From assembly GCA_051362555.1 (NCBI GenBank), contig CM120643.1, positions 8,618,001 through 8,682,000 of the forward strand: 64,000 nucleotides of DNA. The letters are read 5' to 3'. This DNA comes from Lingula anatina. Lineage: Eukaryota > Animalia > Brachiopoda. The notes below the pieces were generated by a model. That model was not told the origin of the DNA, made no database searches, and saw nothing but the letters and a program-made list of their open reading frames with translations. Shown in pieces: positions 38,727 to 51,052 of this stretch; within the stretch, counting starts at the first letter, position 1; each line of letters begins with the position of its first letter. Both the position numbers and the translations under genes were made by a program.

Positions 38727-40969
38727 TTAATGTATACATCATCTCTCTTTCAATAGAAATTTGATAAAACGTTTTACAGACGGGTGCAGGTTCAAAGTGA
38801 CAAGCGCATACGTATGCAAATTCAGATTTTTTGATGTAAATTGACTGATATTAGATATATCTTGCTGGTCTTGTTATATGCATATGAGGACAATCTTTGG
38901 CTTGTCTTGTTGATACAGACCTAACACTTAATGTGGAATATTACACTTTGAAAGGCATGTCAAGGTAAAAATGTGTTTTTAAAGAACTACAGATAATGCA
39001 CATGTACCGGTAGGGCTGTTGGCAGTTTTTTTCTTTTTTTTTTCATTTTGTCACGACGGTGACCGCGGCATGTTTGCGTTCACTGTAAAAATGGAAAACA
39101 ACTCGATAAGAAGAGTAAGGATTTATAGAACCTACAGAATTATGCGTATGCGGGCTCCACTAACCATGATAAAGTAGACATTCGCAGCAAAGTGGGTGAT
39201 TTACAACACGATATTGTTCGGCTTTATATTTTTTGCAACTGCAGCAATGCCAGCAAAGTCACAAAATTACCGATGGAAAGGAGGAGGGGTAGGCGACGAT
39301 TTTCAATGTCCACTGAACTACACTGGTTCTTGCGTGCAATGTCCATCGTCCATCGATCAACCTAATGTGTGGCCTGCTCCATAACTGTCAGCATGGCGGG
39401 TTCTTCGGTCGGTTGCACGCTCTTTTCACTCTAGAATATTGCTCTCTGCACCCTAATAAGGAATAACAGGTAAGGTCTTGCTATGTGCTTTCTACCAGGG
39501 ATGGTAATTAATGAACAAGAACAAAATAAATGGTGAGGCCAATGGTCAGCGGTCACTTGAAAGGCAGAGTGGCAATTCGCGTGCCATGTTTTAAAGTGAA
39601 CAACTGTACACCTACCATATATTAGCTAAGAGTGCAGTTATCATGTCAAAACTCAAAATATGGGGTCAACATATAGCGATTTGTAATACACCAACACACT
39701 CGATATATAATAATACTAACATTTGTTTTCTGGACAGGACGAAATAGAATCTCTGCTGTCATCTGCGCCATAACTGCTTAGATTTTTTGCATCCCTCGTA
39801 CCGCTCTCCACGCGCTTTGGCCTACATGTAGTTTGCGGTTGATTAATTAGATTAGACTTCTACCTGGCTTAACCCGTCTTCGTCGACTTTTGTCGTTTAA
39901 ATGGTGGTACATCAGCAAAATCTCCGCTGCCCTTCTTCCTGTTTGGTTTTTCCGACTGATGGTTATACCTGCGGTCTTTAAGTTTACATTTACTTGTACG
40001 GTAGGCCTACGTCTTAAAACAATAAATATCTGCATGTCCACAAGCTAGTTTCTTGCGCTGCGATTTAGTCAGTTTTTTTTCTTTTACAAATACAATTTTA
40101 AAACTACGTTAACTGCATTTTCTCACTCTCCCGTGCATGTGGCCACAGTGCTTGTAATAAGTACAACAGTTTCATGGCCATCCATGGCTGATAACAATAA
40201 AAAGCATCAACATAGGCTACCAAAGTCTCGTTTGCAAGTGCACGAAACTACCGCGAAAATTGCGATATTAGCCTACTGCGCAACCTGCTCACCACCACTG
40301 CAGCGCCGTTGCTCAGGCAAGCAAAAGTTATTTATTATCGATTTACTATTTACAATTTCTGTAAATAAAAACAAACCAATGTAAAAACTAGAAAAAAACT
40401 GGAGATGGCAGCCTCCGCCAATCACCTGCACTAATTAATTGTGGTAGTTGGTAGCTTATCCATTGCACAAGGTCATTGGCCGTATCCCTCAATGGTGTAA
40501 AATACTTTCAAACATTATTGGACCCAAAATCTTATCATTTTATACTTAGTCCTTTTCTGGGCTATCCTGAAAACTTCATCAAAACCCATACACATGTTTG
40601 AGTAAGGCTTCTGAAGGAAAGAAAGACAGAAAGACAAACGGAGGTGAAAACAAAACCTCCTTGGTAGAGGCCATAGATAAACATGTATTAAAATGTACAC
40701 ATTAAAACATGTATCTCTTAATTTGATCAACTGATCGACAAAATCTATTACAGATTGTCTTGAACTTTGGTCAAGTCAAAGTCTCCATGTTCTACGTATA
40801 TTGCCATCGAAAAGGAAAAATAAGTCGGCAATAATGGCCTTCTTGAATGCTAGGCGTACTGTTTAGAAGAGTTATTATTAATAAATACCTGTATATTTGG
40901 CAAGTTAGACAAAGATAACCCATTACAGCATTTCTGAAAAAAATTTCAAAGACGGCGGTCCAGCTGATG

Positions 40970-41157
40970 GACTGGGTTCCCATGCCTAGATCATTCTAAC
41001 AGGATCGATCCATCTCCAAGGGGTTTTTCGCTAAATTTCTTTCCGCTTAAGCGGCTTGATGACTTACACGCCCACTGAAGCTGCTAAACGATAAATAAAA
41101 ATCCCCTAGCAGCTTCAGTAGGCGTGGCAGACATCTAGGGGGGCTGGGAATGGTCCC
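40970..41157 (+). mobile_element. Foldback MITE, family 1, copy 4 (internally deleted)
   Basis: GACTGGGTTCCCATGCCTAGATC...TGGGAATGGTCCC. Confidence 0.8.
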
Positions 41158-41399
41158 ATATTGGATGTTACTTCAAATGGGACAATGAAACGATGTGCCA
41201 ACCCTGAGTAATTTACCTGCACTTGACGAGATCGGCCCTGCATCCGCCGCATCTGGCTGTAATGGCTTGTCAGCTTGACCTTGGTCGGCTCGACTTCTTT
41301 CTATCTGGCATAGGTCAAGGTTAGGAACGCCATTTGTCAGAAAGGTGTACAGGGTTTTATGGCATACACTCATGCAATTGCTTTGCTCTGTGTGAATGG

Positions 41400-41905
41400 G
41401 TCACTGTGAGACTATTTCATACATGCCTTTATTACATTTCGACTATATAATTGCAATTATCGTTTTTTATGGGTGTCCGCAGGAAAATAAAAGGTCTACA
41501 ACGTATTCAAAATATTACTGCTAGAGTTCTTACCTGGCAACAGTCACGTTACCTTTATTCTCAAACAACTTCACTGGCTACCGGTATCTACATGTATAAT
41601 AGCACGGATTCTTTAGTGTATGCTCACGCCACTTTTTACAGCTTGGTCCCACCATATTTGCGGGATCTTTTACCAACTTACGAACATTTATCAACTAACG
41701 AGACCCCCACTCCATTTATACGCTCTTCCGACCATTTACTCTTAAGACCACGGCAAAGCTAGACGTCTCACATATGGTGACAATTCGTTTAAAGTACCTG
41801 TACCTAGGGAATGGAATTTACTCCCACTTTTACTACGTAGGATAGACTCTCCTGCTTCTTTTTAAAATGATCTCCAGGCTTATGTTTTAAAAAAAAATTA
41901 TGAAT
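41400..41905 (+). mobile_element. Decayed 3' fragment of an L2/CR1-clade LINE ORF2
   Basis: The frameshifted peptides HAFITFRL, LQRIQNITARVLT, HVTFILKQLHWLPV, PPYLRDLL and TYGDNSF..PREWNLLP appear in the order typical of the L2/CR1 ORF2 C-terminus. Confidence 0.85.
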
Positions 41906-42104
41906 AGAATTTTAATGAATGACTTTTCTAAGTGAGTGATTTTAAACGTAACAATTTTTGTTTCAATATTATTTGTTTTAATCAATTTTTCCTGCTATTA
42001 TCTTTTTTCTTTTCTTTTACAAGTTTTTATTCTTTTTTATTTTTAACGTTTTATTAGACTAGCTGAATAAATAATTCAAAAGCACTAAATCAATTTAAAT
42101 CCTG

Positions 42105-42115
42105 CACACAGACAC

Positions 42116-42147
<32 letters not shown>
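42105..42147. repeat. (CA)n microsatellite
   Basis: About 20 CA units with two interruptions. Confidence 0.9.
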
Positions 42148-42148
<1 letters not shown>

Positions 42149-42746
42149 TTCACTTGTACAAGCACATTACAAAATAATTACAAAAAAACCTTATAACATT
42201 ACAATGCATAGCCATAACACAAATAGATATTTTAACACTTTGCAAACCATGGATATATTACTAAAACAGATACTATAAAATCGCAATAAATAAGCACATT
42301 AGTAGCAGTATTATGATCATGCACTACATAGACACATATTCAGACCAATATGATGACATTGCAATACTGGCGCACATCACAAAGAGATGTCATGAGATTC
42401 ATTGCAGTACGTACCAGTAGGCACATTGTAAAAACATATATTATACATCTTATTATTTACATATGTTGCATTATGTCACACCCTTGCAATACATGCCAGT
42501 AGGCATATTGTACAAACGTGTACTATATTTTTATTATTTATTCATGTTGCAATGTAAATTCTACTGCGGTTTTATATTAGGAACGTTAGTCGGTGAGTAA
42601 TTTGCGAGTAATTTACGTGTAAGTTATCTCGGTATATATGTCATATAATACACTGCCGCACTCTTGCGATGCATGCCCTGAACACCCCTCACTGTCGCTC
42701 GAAGTGTTCTGGAATAGAGGCCTTTGTCACTCGGGTTGCATTGTAT

Positions 42747-42926
42747 GGGTGCGTTCAGAACCAGTTGATCCAGAGACTAACTACTTGAAAGCGTGTTGAG
42801 TTTTAATTGCTCTGCCCCCGCTGGGGCGGCGAACGTGGGAGGCGGGAATGCATTAATTGCCAAGTGCGCGCCATATTTGATCCGTGAACTAGTTAGCTCG
42901 CGGATCAACTGGTTCTGAATACGCCC
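42747..42926. mobile_element. MITE with 3-bp TAT TSD (Harbinger-like)
   Basis: TAT|GGGTGCGTTCAGAACCAGTTGATCC...GGATCAACTGGTTCTGAATACGCCC|TAT. Confidence 0.82.
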
Positions 42927-43469
42927 TATTATCTCTCACATAGTATACTGGCTGCTCAGATCATATACATGTGTGTTCACCAGTTAAATTGTCCCGACGC
43001 ACTAATAAGCTTCACGGCATAATGGCACTGTGGTGAGCCGAGATGGACTTTTAAGTACTTTTATCATTACAATAATATCGAATAACGAATTGGGTCATGC
43101 ACTTCCGGTGAGACCTTTACAATCATGGATAGTGTACTAGTATACTTTAATTGGTGAACAGGGCTGCTGATATTGCTGAATACACATATATAATACGGAT
43201 ATTATACCAGTTATATCCAAGTGCTGGTACCAGTACTAGCTGGAAGGGGAAGGAGGCAGAGGTGTCTCAACGCCGTATACACAGTTCGTTGGGGACGAAG
43301 ATTCATTGGGAGGTCACAGGTAAAATAATAGATATTTTTGGGCTATTCTTTTTGTTCTAATTCATTCTTCAGCCGAACACATTTTTTATCTTACCGCGTC
43401 TAATCAAATAAAAAACGAAACGCATTTTCACATATGTCCCGTACCCATTTTCCCCAGTTTTCGGTCTTA

Positions 43470-43725
43470 GACCCCATTCCCATAGACCCCATCGGTCTAC
43501 TTGGATCGGCCCAACTCTGCGGGGACTCTCGTTTAGTGCAATCAGCTTAACTGAATGACATATGCCTCCTCGAGTTTCCAACGTACTCGTATGATCGCCA
43601 GCTTCTCTGTATTTTACGTTAGGAGGCCTGTTATTCAGTTAAGCTCAGCTGATTGCAGTCAGCGAGAGTTCTAGCAGAGTCAGGTCGATTCACGTAGACC
43701 GATGGCTTCTATGGGAATTGGGCCC
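43470..43725. mobile_element. Foldback MITE with ATTCCCA/TGGGAAT ends (distant relative of family 1)
   Basis: GACCCCATTCCCATAGACCCCATCGGTCTAC...GTAGACCGATGGCTTCTATGGGAATTGGGCCC with long imperfect arms. Confidence 0.75.
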
Positions 43726-44315
43726 TACAGACATGTTACTGAGAAAAGTTGGCCTGTAAATTTCCATGTAGCCAAATTTTTTATCGAATGTAAAGGATTG
43801 AAGTATGCAAATGAAGAAAACAATATTACAATAAAGTTATGAAAAAAGTAGTATATATGAAACTGATATGACTAATAATTAAAGAACAGCAAAACCTTTC
43901 AAATTTTATTTTGCAAGGTGTTGGCTTGGGTCAAGTGAAAGAAAAGGTAGAGTTAATGTTTAAAAGGGTATTCTCATTGTAATAACCGTGGAGTAGTATT
44001 TTGTAAGCTAAATGCAGTCGGTGAAAAGTCGTTGTGACACTACGGCGTGACGTGCTCTCCATTGAGCAGTTGTGAATATCTATTGTTTGCACCCATTTTG
44101 TAGCCGCCACAAGAATGTTGCGGTTTCCACATGCACTTTCGTCAATCTGCTGAGATATGATAATTGTTTACATTAATTTGAAGTCTCTCGTTGATGTACA
44201 GCTGGCATCGCCCCCTTCCTTATCCATGCGTGTTGTGGACATCCAACAGACGCGGGTATATATACTCCCCCGTACTACCACATATCTGTATCTGTATCTG
44301 TCCATATACGTCTAA

Positions 44316-44538
44316 GGCCCCCTTTACACTGGATGGCGTCCTTTCTGCGTCCAGCAGTACGGCCCCATTTGAGAGTTAAAAAATGATAATACCTTATGTG
44401 CCGACAACTGGCTGATCATTGAGCATTCATTCTGATACAAATTCAATGCTCGTGCCTCCTTATTAAGACCACAGCGTTGCCAAATTTCATGGTCGCAGAG
44501 AGGACGTAGAAAGGACGCCGTCCAGTGTAAAGGGGGTA
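44316..44538. mobile_element. MITE with TAA TSD (Harbinger-like)
   Basis: TAA|GGCCCCCTTTACACTGGATGGCGTCCTTTC...GAAAGGACGCCGTCCAGTGTAAAGGGGGTA|TAA. Confidence 0.82.
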
Positions 44539-45971
44539 TAAAGAGACCAATACTGGTATGAAATAGACGGGTAGAAGAGAGCGCATGGAAAACTTAGTCA
44601 AATACTAGTCCTGATCTAAAGCTTTCAACAGTTTCAGCGTTTACCAATCGGAAACTGTTCTGATGAAGAAAGAGTTTTTCTGACGAGTGTTTTACAACGT
44701 TGTAAGCGAAAGCAGCGACTGTTATTAGTACTATTCAGGTACATAGTGCAAATGTACCCTCTACCATGGCGGCAGATATTTAGGCACATTTTTCTCCAAC
44801 CACAGCTAGAAGATTGACTATATTTAGCCAGAGACAGTATCTGTGAATGTGGAAAAACTGTCAGTAGAGTAGTGCATACAGATGATACTCGACTACGCTA
44901 CACCACGAGTCAGCCAGTGCACTGAAATTTCGCTTCTCTACTTCATCATTTGCCTCTTTACAGACAGAGAGCGGTGAGTTGCATGTACCAAGGTGCTCTC
45001 AAGCTAATGGAGGGGAGGTGTCACATGGGCCATTCCACAATTGCAAAAAAAAAAAAAAAAAAGGACGCACATGTTTGGTGTAATATTTGCACAGTTTTGA
45101 CTTGCTCCATTTTTCGCTCGTTTATTCTAAAATGGAAAGGAATCAACGGTTATAAAAAGTGATTTCAAACACTTTTGAGAATATATTGCACATTTTGTGA
45201 CTAAAATGTTCACTTTTTTGTCGAATGACCTATATACACGCACTATACGAAGCGCGATTGATAATTACAAACATTCCTTGCTGACTTACACCATGGGGCT
45301 GCGAGAACAAAGAAAAAAAGAAATCGACATGTTGCAGGTTGTTTTAGCCCGTTTGTGGCTTACTGAATTACGCATGCAGACACGGGCTTCTACGGGTTAC
45401 TTACTTAGACTGGGTTCTCAAAGATTTAGATCGATCCATCTGGATCGACCTAACTCCCGGGGGGTTCATGCTAAATTGCAGTCAGCTGCTGTTGTGTCGG
45501 TGCAGGAGGAAGCTGAAATAAAATGACCAAAACTTTATGAACATCGTGCCTGAAGGTACACGAAAACACTTTTAATTGGATTTACATACTACAAGGTGCA
45601 ACAGAGGACCCACAGAGATTGTCAGAACGTGGATAATTTCAGGTACTTAAGTGTCTCAAGTTTTTTGTACATACTGCTATGAGGCCTTACCAGCGGTAAG
45701 GGTACCGTGAGCTTGTAAGGCCGAAAACTGAGGCAAAGTCCGAGTACACGTGAGTTGAAAGAGAGAAGAATAACTCTACGGGACAATGAAAAAGGAAATA
45801 AAACGGGAAATGCAGAAGCAGAGGATGTTATTTTCATTGGCAGGCCGGTGAGGTAGACAAAGCAGAAGTAGGAAATAAAACTGACAAGCGAGAAACTGAC
45901 AAAATTCTGCCGGATACGGGTAGGTTATTTCGATCTCTTATCACGTCCGACTCTTTCATTGAGAACATATT

Positions 45972-46144
45972 CAGGAGGCGGATTTAGGGCGTCTTCTGGT
46001 TCTTCCGGAAGACGGTTAGATTTTCAAGTTTTCATTGGCGGGTATATGTAATATTTCTGTCGAAAGGCGGTCAAAAATGGAGGATGGATCAACATTACTC
46101 GGAAGACTGTCAGAAAATATTAAATATCTCTGGATCCGCCCCTG
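45972..46144. mobile_element. Short element with CAGG(A)GGCGGAT...ATCCGCCCCTG inverted ends
   Basis: The ends are imperfect TIRs and no TSD is recognisable. A similar end (CAGGCGGATCCAG) occurs at ~30543. Confidence 0.5.
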
Positions 46145-49100
46145 TTATCCCTGCTGTACGCAGAAAAGTTTATTATTCTTTAGAGCAGTCAGTACAAACA
46201 AGGACTGAGCTAAATAGTCTTCTATTAAAGACTGGTTTTTGTCGGCTTACTTAACGTCGTTATATCCTCAAGTCCAAAAAAAAAAAAAAAGAGAAAAAAC
46301 AACCTTTCACTAATTACCTTATTCGAATTTAATTTAAATTAAAAGATTTAAAGCGAGCACATTAATTGCAGCATCTGATGGTAGTAAATGTTTATTCTCT
46401 GTTTACGTTTTTAAAGTTGACTTCATGGGGATTCTCTGGAGAATGAGGATAATACACTGGTATATATATATATATTTTTTTTTATCCAGGTAATATGCAT
46501 GTGGTAACATCTACCCCTACATCAGGTTCAAGGCCAACATAGAGCCAGGGCCAAAGTAAGTACCTGACATCCAGAATCCAAACACACAATAGCTGTTTAT
46601 TTTACCATGTTCAGTACACCTTGCCATCAATATCAATCTAATGCATGTTAGTACTTGGAACAATGCCATTTTATTATAAAGTTTAACACTGCCATGGCAG
46701 CTAGTCCTAGAATTGTGACAAGCACAGGATATCAGTACTTATTGTGGGGAACATTATATAATAAATTGGATTTTGAAACAAACAATTTTGATAACCATGC
46801 TCTATTCAGTGCTCTTATGTCTGGCGTAGACATTACAGATAGTGGGTGCTATTAATTTCACAAAAAAATGCATTGAATTCTTTCCAATAGTCAATGTTTT
46901 GTTTTTAGGTATACTAAGCAGCAAAGCAAGCACTCAAAATCATGGATGACAGTAAGACCTCAAGCTGTTACATAAACAATTGGCACAAATAAAGGTACAT
47001 TCCAGTCTTACAAACCAGGAATTTGACATGGGAATTACAAGTACACATTTCTAAGCAGCCATGGTGCAGATGGAACCAAGAGACTCAAGGCACCGTGGTC
47101 CTTATATGTATATAAGAATTTTTTTTATCAAAATGATGATTACCTCACATAAACTTTTCTTTTATAAATCCATCCAGACATACATTATTTCCTTGTATGA
47201 CATTAACTTTTAAAATGATTGATTTTATGAACAGATTGTGTACAGAGTTGCATTTTACTTTTGATATGAGAAAGGGATAAATGAAAGCACCTTGTTTTTC
47301 TATGCCTTTATTTTTTATGTTCACTGAATGGTTGCACAAATTACAGTAGAATGAAAAGAATCCTTCTACTCAGTGACTTGCATATTACAGGTCTTATGAA
47401 TGTTTGGTCAGTAAACTGATACTTGTGGTAATAGTTATTCTGTGATTTTCTTCAAAGTGAAGTAATCCAGCAAATTCAACGGCAGTCAAAATGTAGGGGA
47501 CATTACAGTGAGTGGGAGATGGGCCAGTCCCATCTCCACTGATGCTGAGTCATTGCTTGGTAAATTCTCTAGCAAAAGCATCTTTATATCCAGTGCAAGG
47601 CCAGGATTTCCATCACACTTGTCACAATGTATTCAGCACTTTCCTTGGCAACACCATCATTTTCTTGGCAACACCATCATGTATGCTCTGATAATGAAAA
47701 AAATATATTCACTTTTATATCTGTCATTTCTGTTTTGATATGTACAATAGCTTACTTCAAAAATAAAATATTTGAAAATGTATGAACACTAAAACAACCA
47801 TAAGGACTGGATTTCACACCACCAAATTTTATCGAATAAATTTACTTTGAAAATAAGAAGGAATATGAATGGTGTTTGTGTATTGTGAGAAACTTAGAAT
47901 TTATCTTTTCAATAAAGATTTAATGAGTTTTATACCCATTCTGTGAGTTACTGAATTCTCCTTTCATGTTCTTGAGTCAATCCTCCTGATCTCACACCTC
48001 TTCCATGCCTTGTACTACTGGACCTAGAAGTGCTATGTATCACTGCCAACTCTACTAAACCTTCATACAGGGCTTTTTTTTCTAATGAGGCCAACATCAC
48101 AAGATAGTATGCTGTAAAATAATAATAAAACTAATAATAATAATAATTGGCACTGATTTAATTGCATGCTAGTAATAATGTTGTGAACTGTTCAAAATGG
48201 GTTTCACTTCAATTAATCATTGTCCTGCACTCAAGCGTATCAATTGTTATCCCTAAACTATAAGTTTTTTGTATGTGTGGATTATTACATGTGAATATAG
48301 GTGAGGGTAGGGTGGGTCCTACACATTACTATCAAAACTAAGGAATATGCCAGATTAACTAAAAGGCCTGTATTATTTAAAAATAACAGAAAACTCTTTA
48401 CCTCAGGGAGCTCTTTACCCTCTAGTTCTGGACTGCTCTGACTGCTTGCCTCATCAACAATAGGCCTACTCTCGATCTGAAAAGTATAAAAGCAGATCGA
48501 CTAGAAAAGTAAGATAAGATACGTGTGTGCGTAGCACAAAATTCAGGCACTCCTATTGACGATTTTGACATCTGCACGATGCTCACCACTACTGCCAGTA
48601 AGTATCAAAATCGTCCGGAACGCATTTGTAGTCCGTGCTACGCTGTGCGTGCAAATCGCGATGTCAAAATTGCGGCTCAGAAAGCATAGCAAACAACAAA
48701 AAAGTAACAGTCGTTCATAAATATCCAACCGAAAAGGGCTGGTTCAGTTGACCCGAAAAATATCACTGTCTCTAATCATGTCACCGGTATATTTCCTGGT
48801 ACAAGTTACTCATTCGGTGAATCGGCATTGAGAATTACGGCATCAAGCACTGTTGACATAATAGGCTACACTCCGTCGTAAATATTTCCAAGCCATTCGT
48901 TGATTTTTGATCTATTTTAACCGACGAGAAGTTAAATGAATTCTTTAAATGTTTAAGTGCACAAACCTGTTCACGAACAATGAAGGGAGAGAGTTTTAAC
49001 TAACGTGCATCTGTAAATGACTTACTTCGAACTCCACCGCGCCATATTTGTTTCTCCTAGTGTACGAGTGCTATTTTAGGCAACGCACTCTGATTGGCTA

Positions 49101-49765
49101 AAACCTTGCGGTAGTCGTCTTCTCTTTTTTGGGGAGAGGACGTTCTCCAATACAGACTCGAATGTGAAATAATTAATTATTTTGATTGCCGTCTACCTCC
49201 AAGGCGAATTTTAGTTTAGATCGTGACCTTCATATATAAGAAAAAGTTTGGGATATGTTTTATTTTCCCTCATATCGGAAAGACCCCCTTTAAATTGTCG
49301 TTCTACGTGATGTAATAAATTATAATCATTTATATGCAAATAGGTGATTAGAATTATATTGACGTCCACCATCAATGCAATTATTTCGCGAAACAGATTA
49401 AACTACATGTAGTATATATTTAACAAGTCAAAAACAAAACTGTCATTAATTCGCTGTCATGTTCAGAACTACGAATATATACCGGTAGCTGCAGCGCATG
49501 CATAGAAAACCCAACAGAAATGACTAAAAAGATGCAGTTAAATTCAATAAGGTTGCTAGATAATATATTAATGTTACTTATTAGAGAGGTAATTAATGTT
49601 ACTTATTAAAAATGCAATGCATACGGGCACATATATGTATAAGAGAGAAAAGTAGAAAAGACGACTAAAGTAAAATTATACAGAAGCATTAAGCTGAGTT
49701 AACAGGCCAGGTCATTATGAGCTCGATTGCATTAAAACAAATTTGGTTTACTTTCAGCTCTTACA

Positions 49766-51052
49766 ATGGCAGCTGCGCTCACGAGCATAATTCGAGTTTT
49801 CTTGGTGGGTGACGTGATGATTGGGCGAGGTATAGACCAAATCCTGCCTTACCATTGTAAACCGTGGATGTACAGGGATTTCAGGAACGATTCCAGAGAG
49901 TACGCCCAACTTGCCATAGACAAGAACGGTCCCCTGCCAAAAGAGATCGGGATGGATTACGTATGGGGAGATGCGCTACAGATCCTGCAAGAGAAACAAC
50001 CAGACTTTCGCTTAATAAACTTAGAAACAGCCATCACCACCAGCGAAACCGCATGGCTGGGAAAACGCGTTCAGTACCGCACACACCCTCGGCACGTGGA
50101 AACTTTGCAAGCAGCCGGAGTGGACTGTTGTGTTCTGAGTAACAACCACGTGCTAGATTGGGGCTACCCCGGTCTGGCTGAGACTCTTACAACTCTGAAA
50201 AAGGCCAACATGAAGTATGTTGGTGCAGGAGAAAATATATTTGAAGCTCAGAAGCCGGCGATCTTTGAAATTCCGAATAAGGGACGCATCGTAGTCTTTG
50301 GGGCGTGTCATACTTCAGGTCTCGTATATGAAGAATGGAACGCTACAGAGACAAAATCGGGAGTGAACCTTCTTAGTTTTGAGGATATCCCATATGTGGT
50401 GAAACAACTTGCAGATCAAGTAAAGAAAGTCGAGAAACCGGGAGACATCGTGATTCTTTCCATCCACTGGGGACCTAACTACAAATGGTTAAGTTCTCCT
50501 ATGGAGAGGGAATTTGCACATGCCGCCATAGACGTTGCCGGCGTGGACGTAATTCACGGCCATTCCTCGCACCATGTAAAAGGCATAGAGGTTTACGATG
50601 GCAAACTCATCATGTACGGTTGTGGAGATATTGTCAGTGACTACGAAGGGACCCCTACCCCATTACACAAGCGCCCATTTCACAACGTGCGCAGCCTTAT
50701 GTATTTCGCCGATATTGATCCACTTACGGGAGAAGTTGTTGACTTCAAAATGATTCCCACAATGATGAAAAATCTACGTGTGAACAGAGCCGATGAAGAA
50801 GCTTCAAGCTGGCTTTATGCAAAGATGTCAGAGTTGTGTGAGGAACTCGGTGGAGGAGTGCAGTGGGACGGTAGCGAACTGAGACTAGTGTTACAGTCTG
50901 GTGGAACGACGCACTTCTTCACACAAGGGATAGGCTGGACAGGATCTGCAAAGTGTACAATTATATTGATACTGCTAATCTTCGTTCTCACCATAATTGC
51001 GTGCAAGTCATGTATATTTAGAAAAGTAGTTAATCTCCATAAATGTCGCTAA
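49766..51052 (+). CDS. capA: CapA/PgsA (PGA_cap, poly-gamma-glutamate capsule synthesis family) metallophosphoesterase with C-terminal transmembrane helix; intronless ORF
   Basis: The 428-aa ORF carries VGDVMIGRG, INLET, SNNHVLDWG, SIHWGPN, HGHSSHH and YGCGD..DYEG. The tail CTIILILLIFVLTIIACKSCIF-RK is hydrophobic. An acceptor-like TTACTTTCAG ends 8 nt before the ATG. Confidence 0.93.
   Translation: MAAALTSIIRVFLVGDVMIGRGIDQILPYHCKPWMYRDFRNDSREYAQLAIDKNGPLPKEIGMDYVWGDALQILQEKQPDFRLINLETAITTSETAWLGKRVQYRTHPRHVETLQAAGVDCCVLSNNHVLDWGYPGLAETLTTLKKANMKYVGAGENIFEAQKPAIFEIPNKGRIVVFGACHTSGLVYEEWNATETKSGVNLLSFEDIPYVVKQLADQVKKVEKPGDIVILSIHWGPNYKWLSSPMEREFAHAAIDVAGVDVIHGHSSHHVKGIEVYDGKLIMYGCGDIVSDYEGTPTPLHKRPFHNVRSLMYFADIDPLTGEVVDFKMIPTMMKNLRVNRADEEASSWLYAKMSELCEELGGGVQWDGSELRLVLQSGGTTHFFTQGIGWTGSAKCTIILILLIFVLTIIACKSCIFRKVVNLHKCR

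Noticed and set aside
45500-47000. Additional plus-strand gene from exon-like pieces (~46490-46555, ~46909-46994)
   Set aside because: I found no consistent open frame or homology. They could be non-coding or TE debris.
49766-51052. Bacterial contamination or a cap operon
   Set aside because: There are no neighbouring bacterial ORFs or capB/capC genes. The flanks are animal-type AT-rich DNA with a splice-acceptor-like site.
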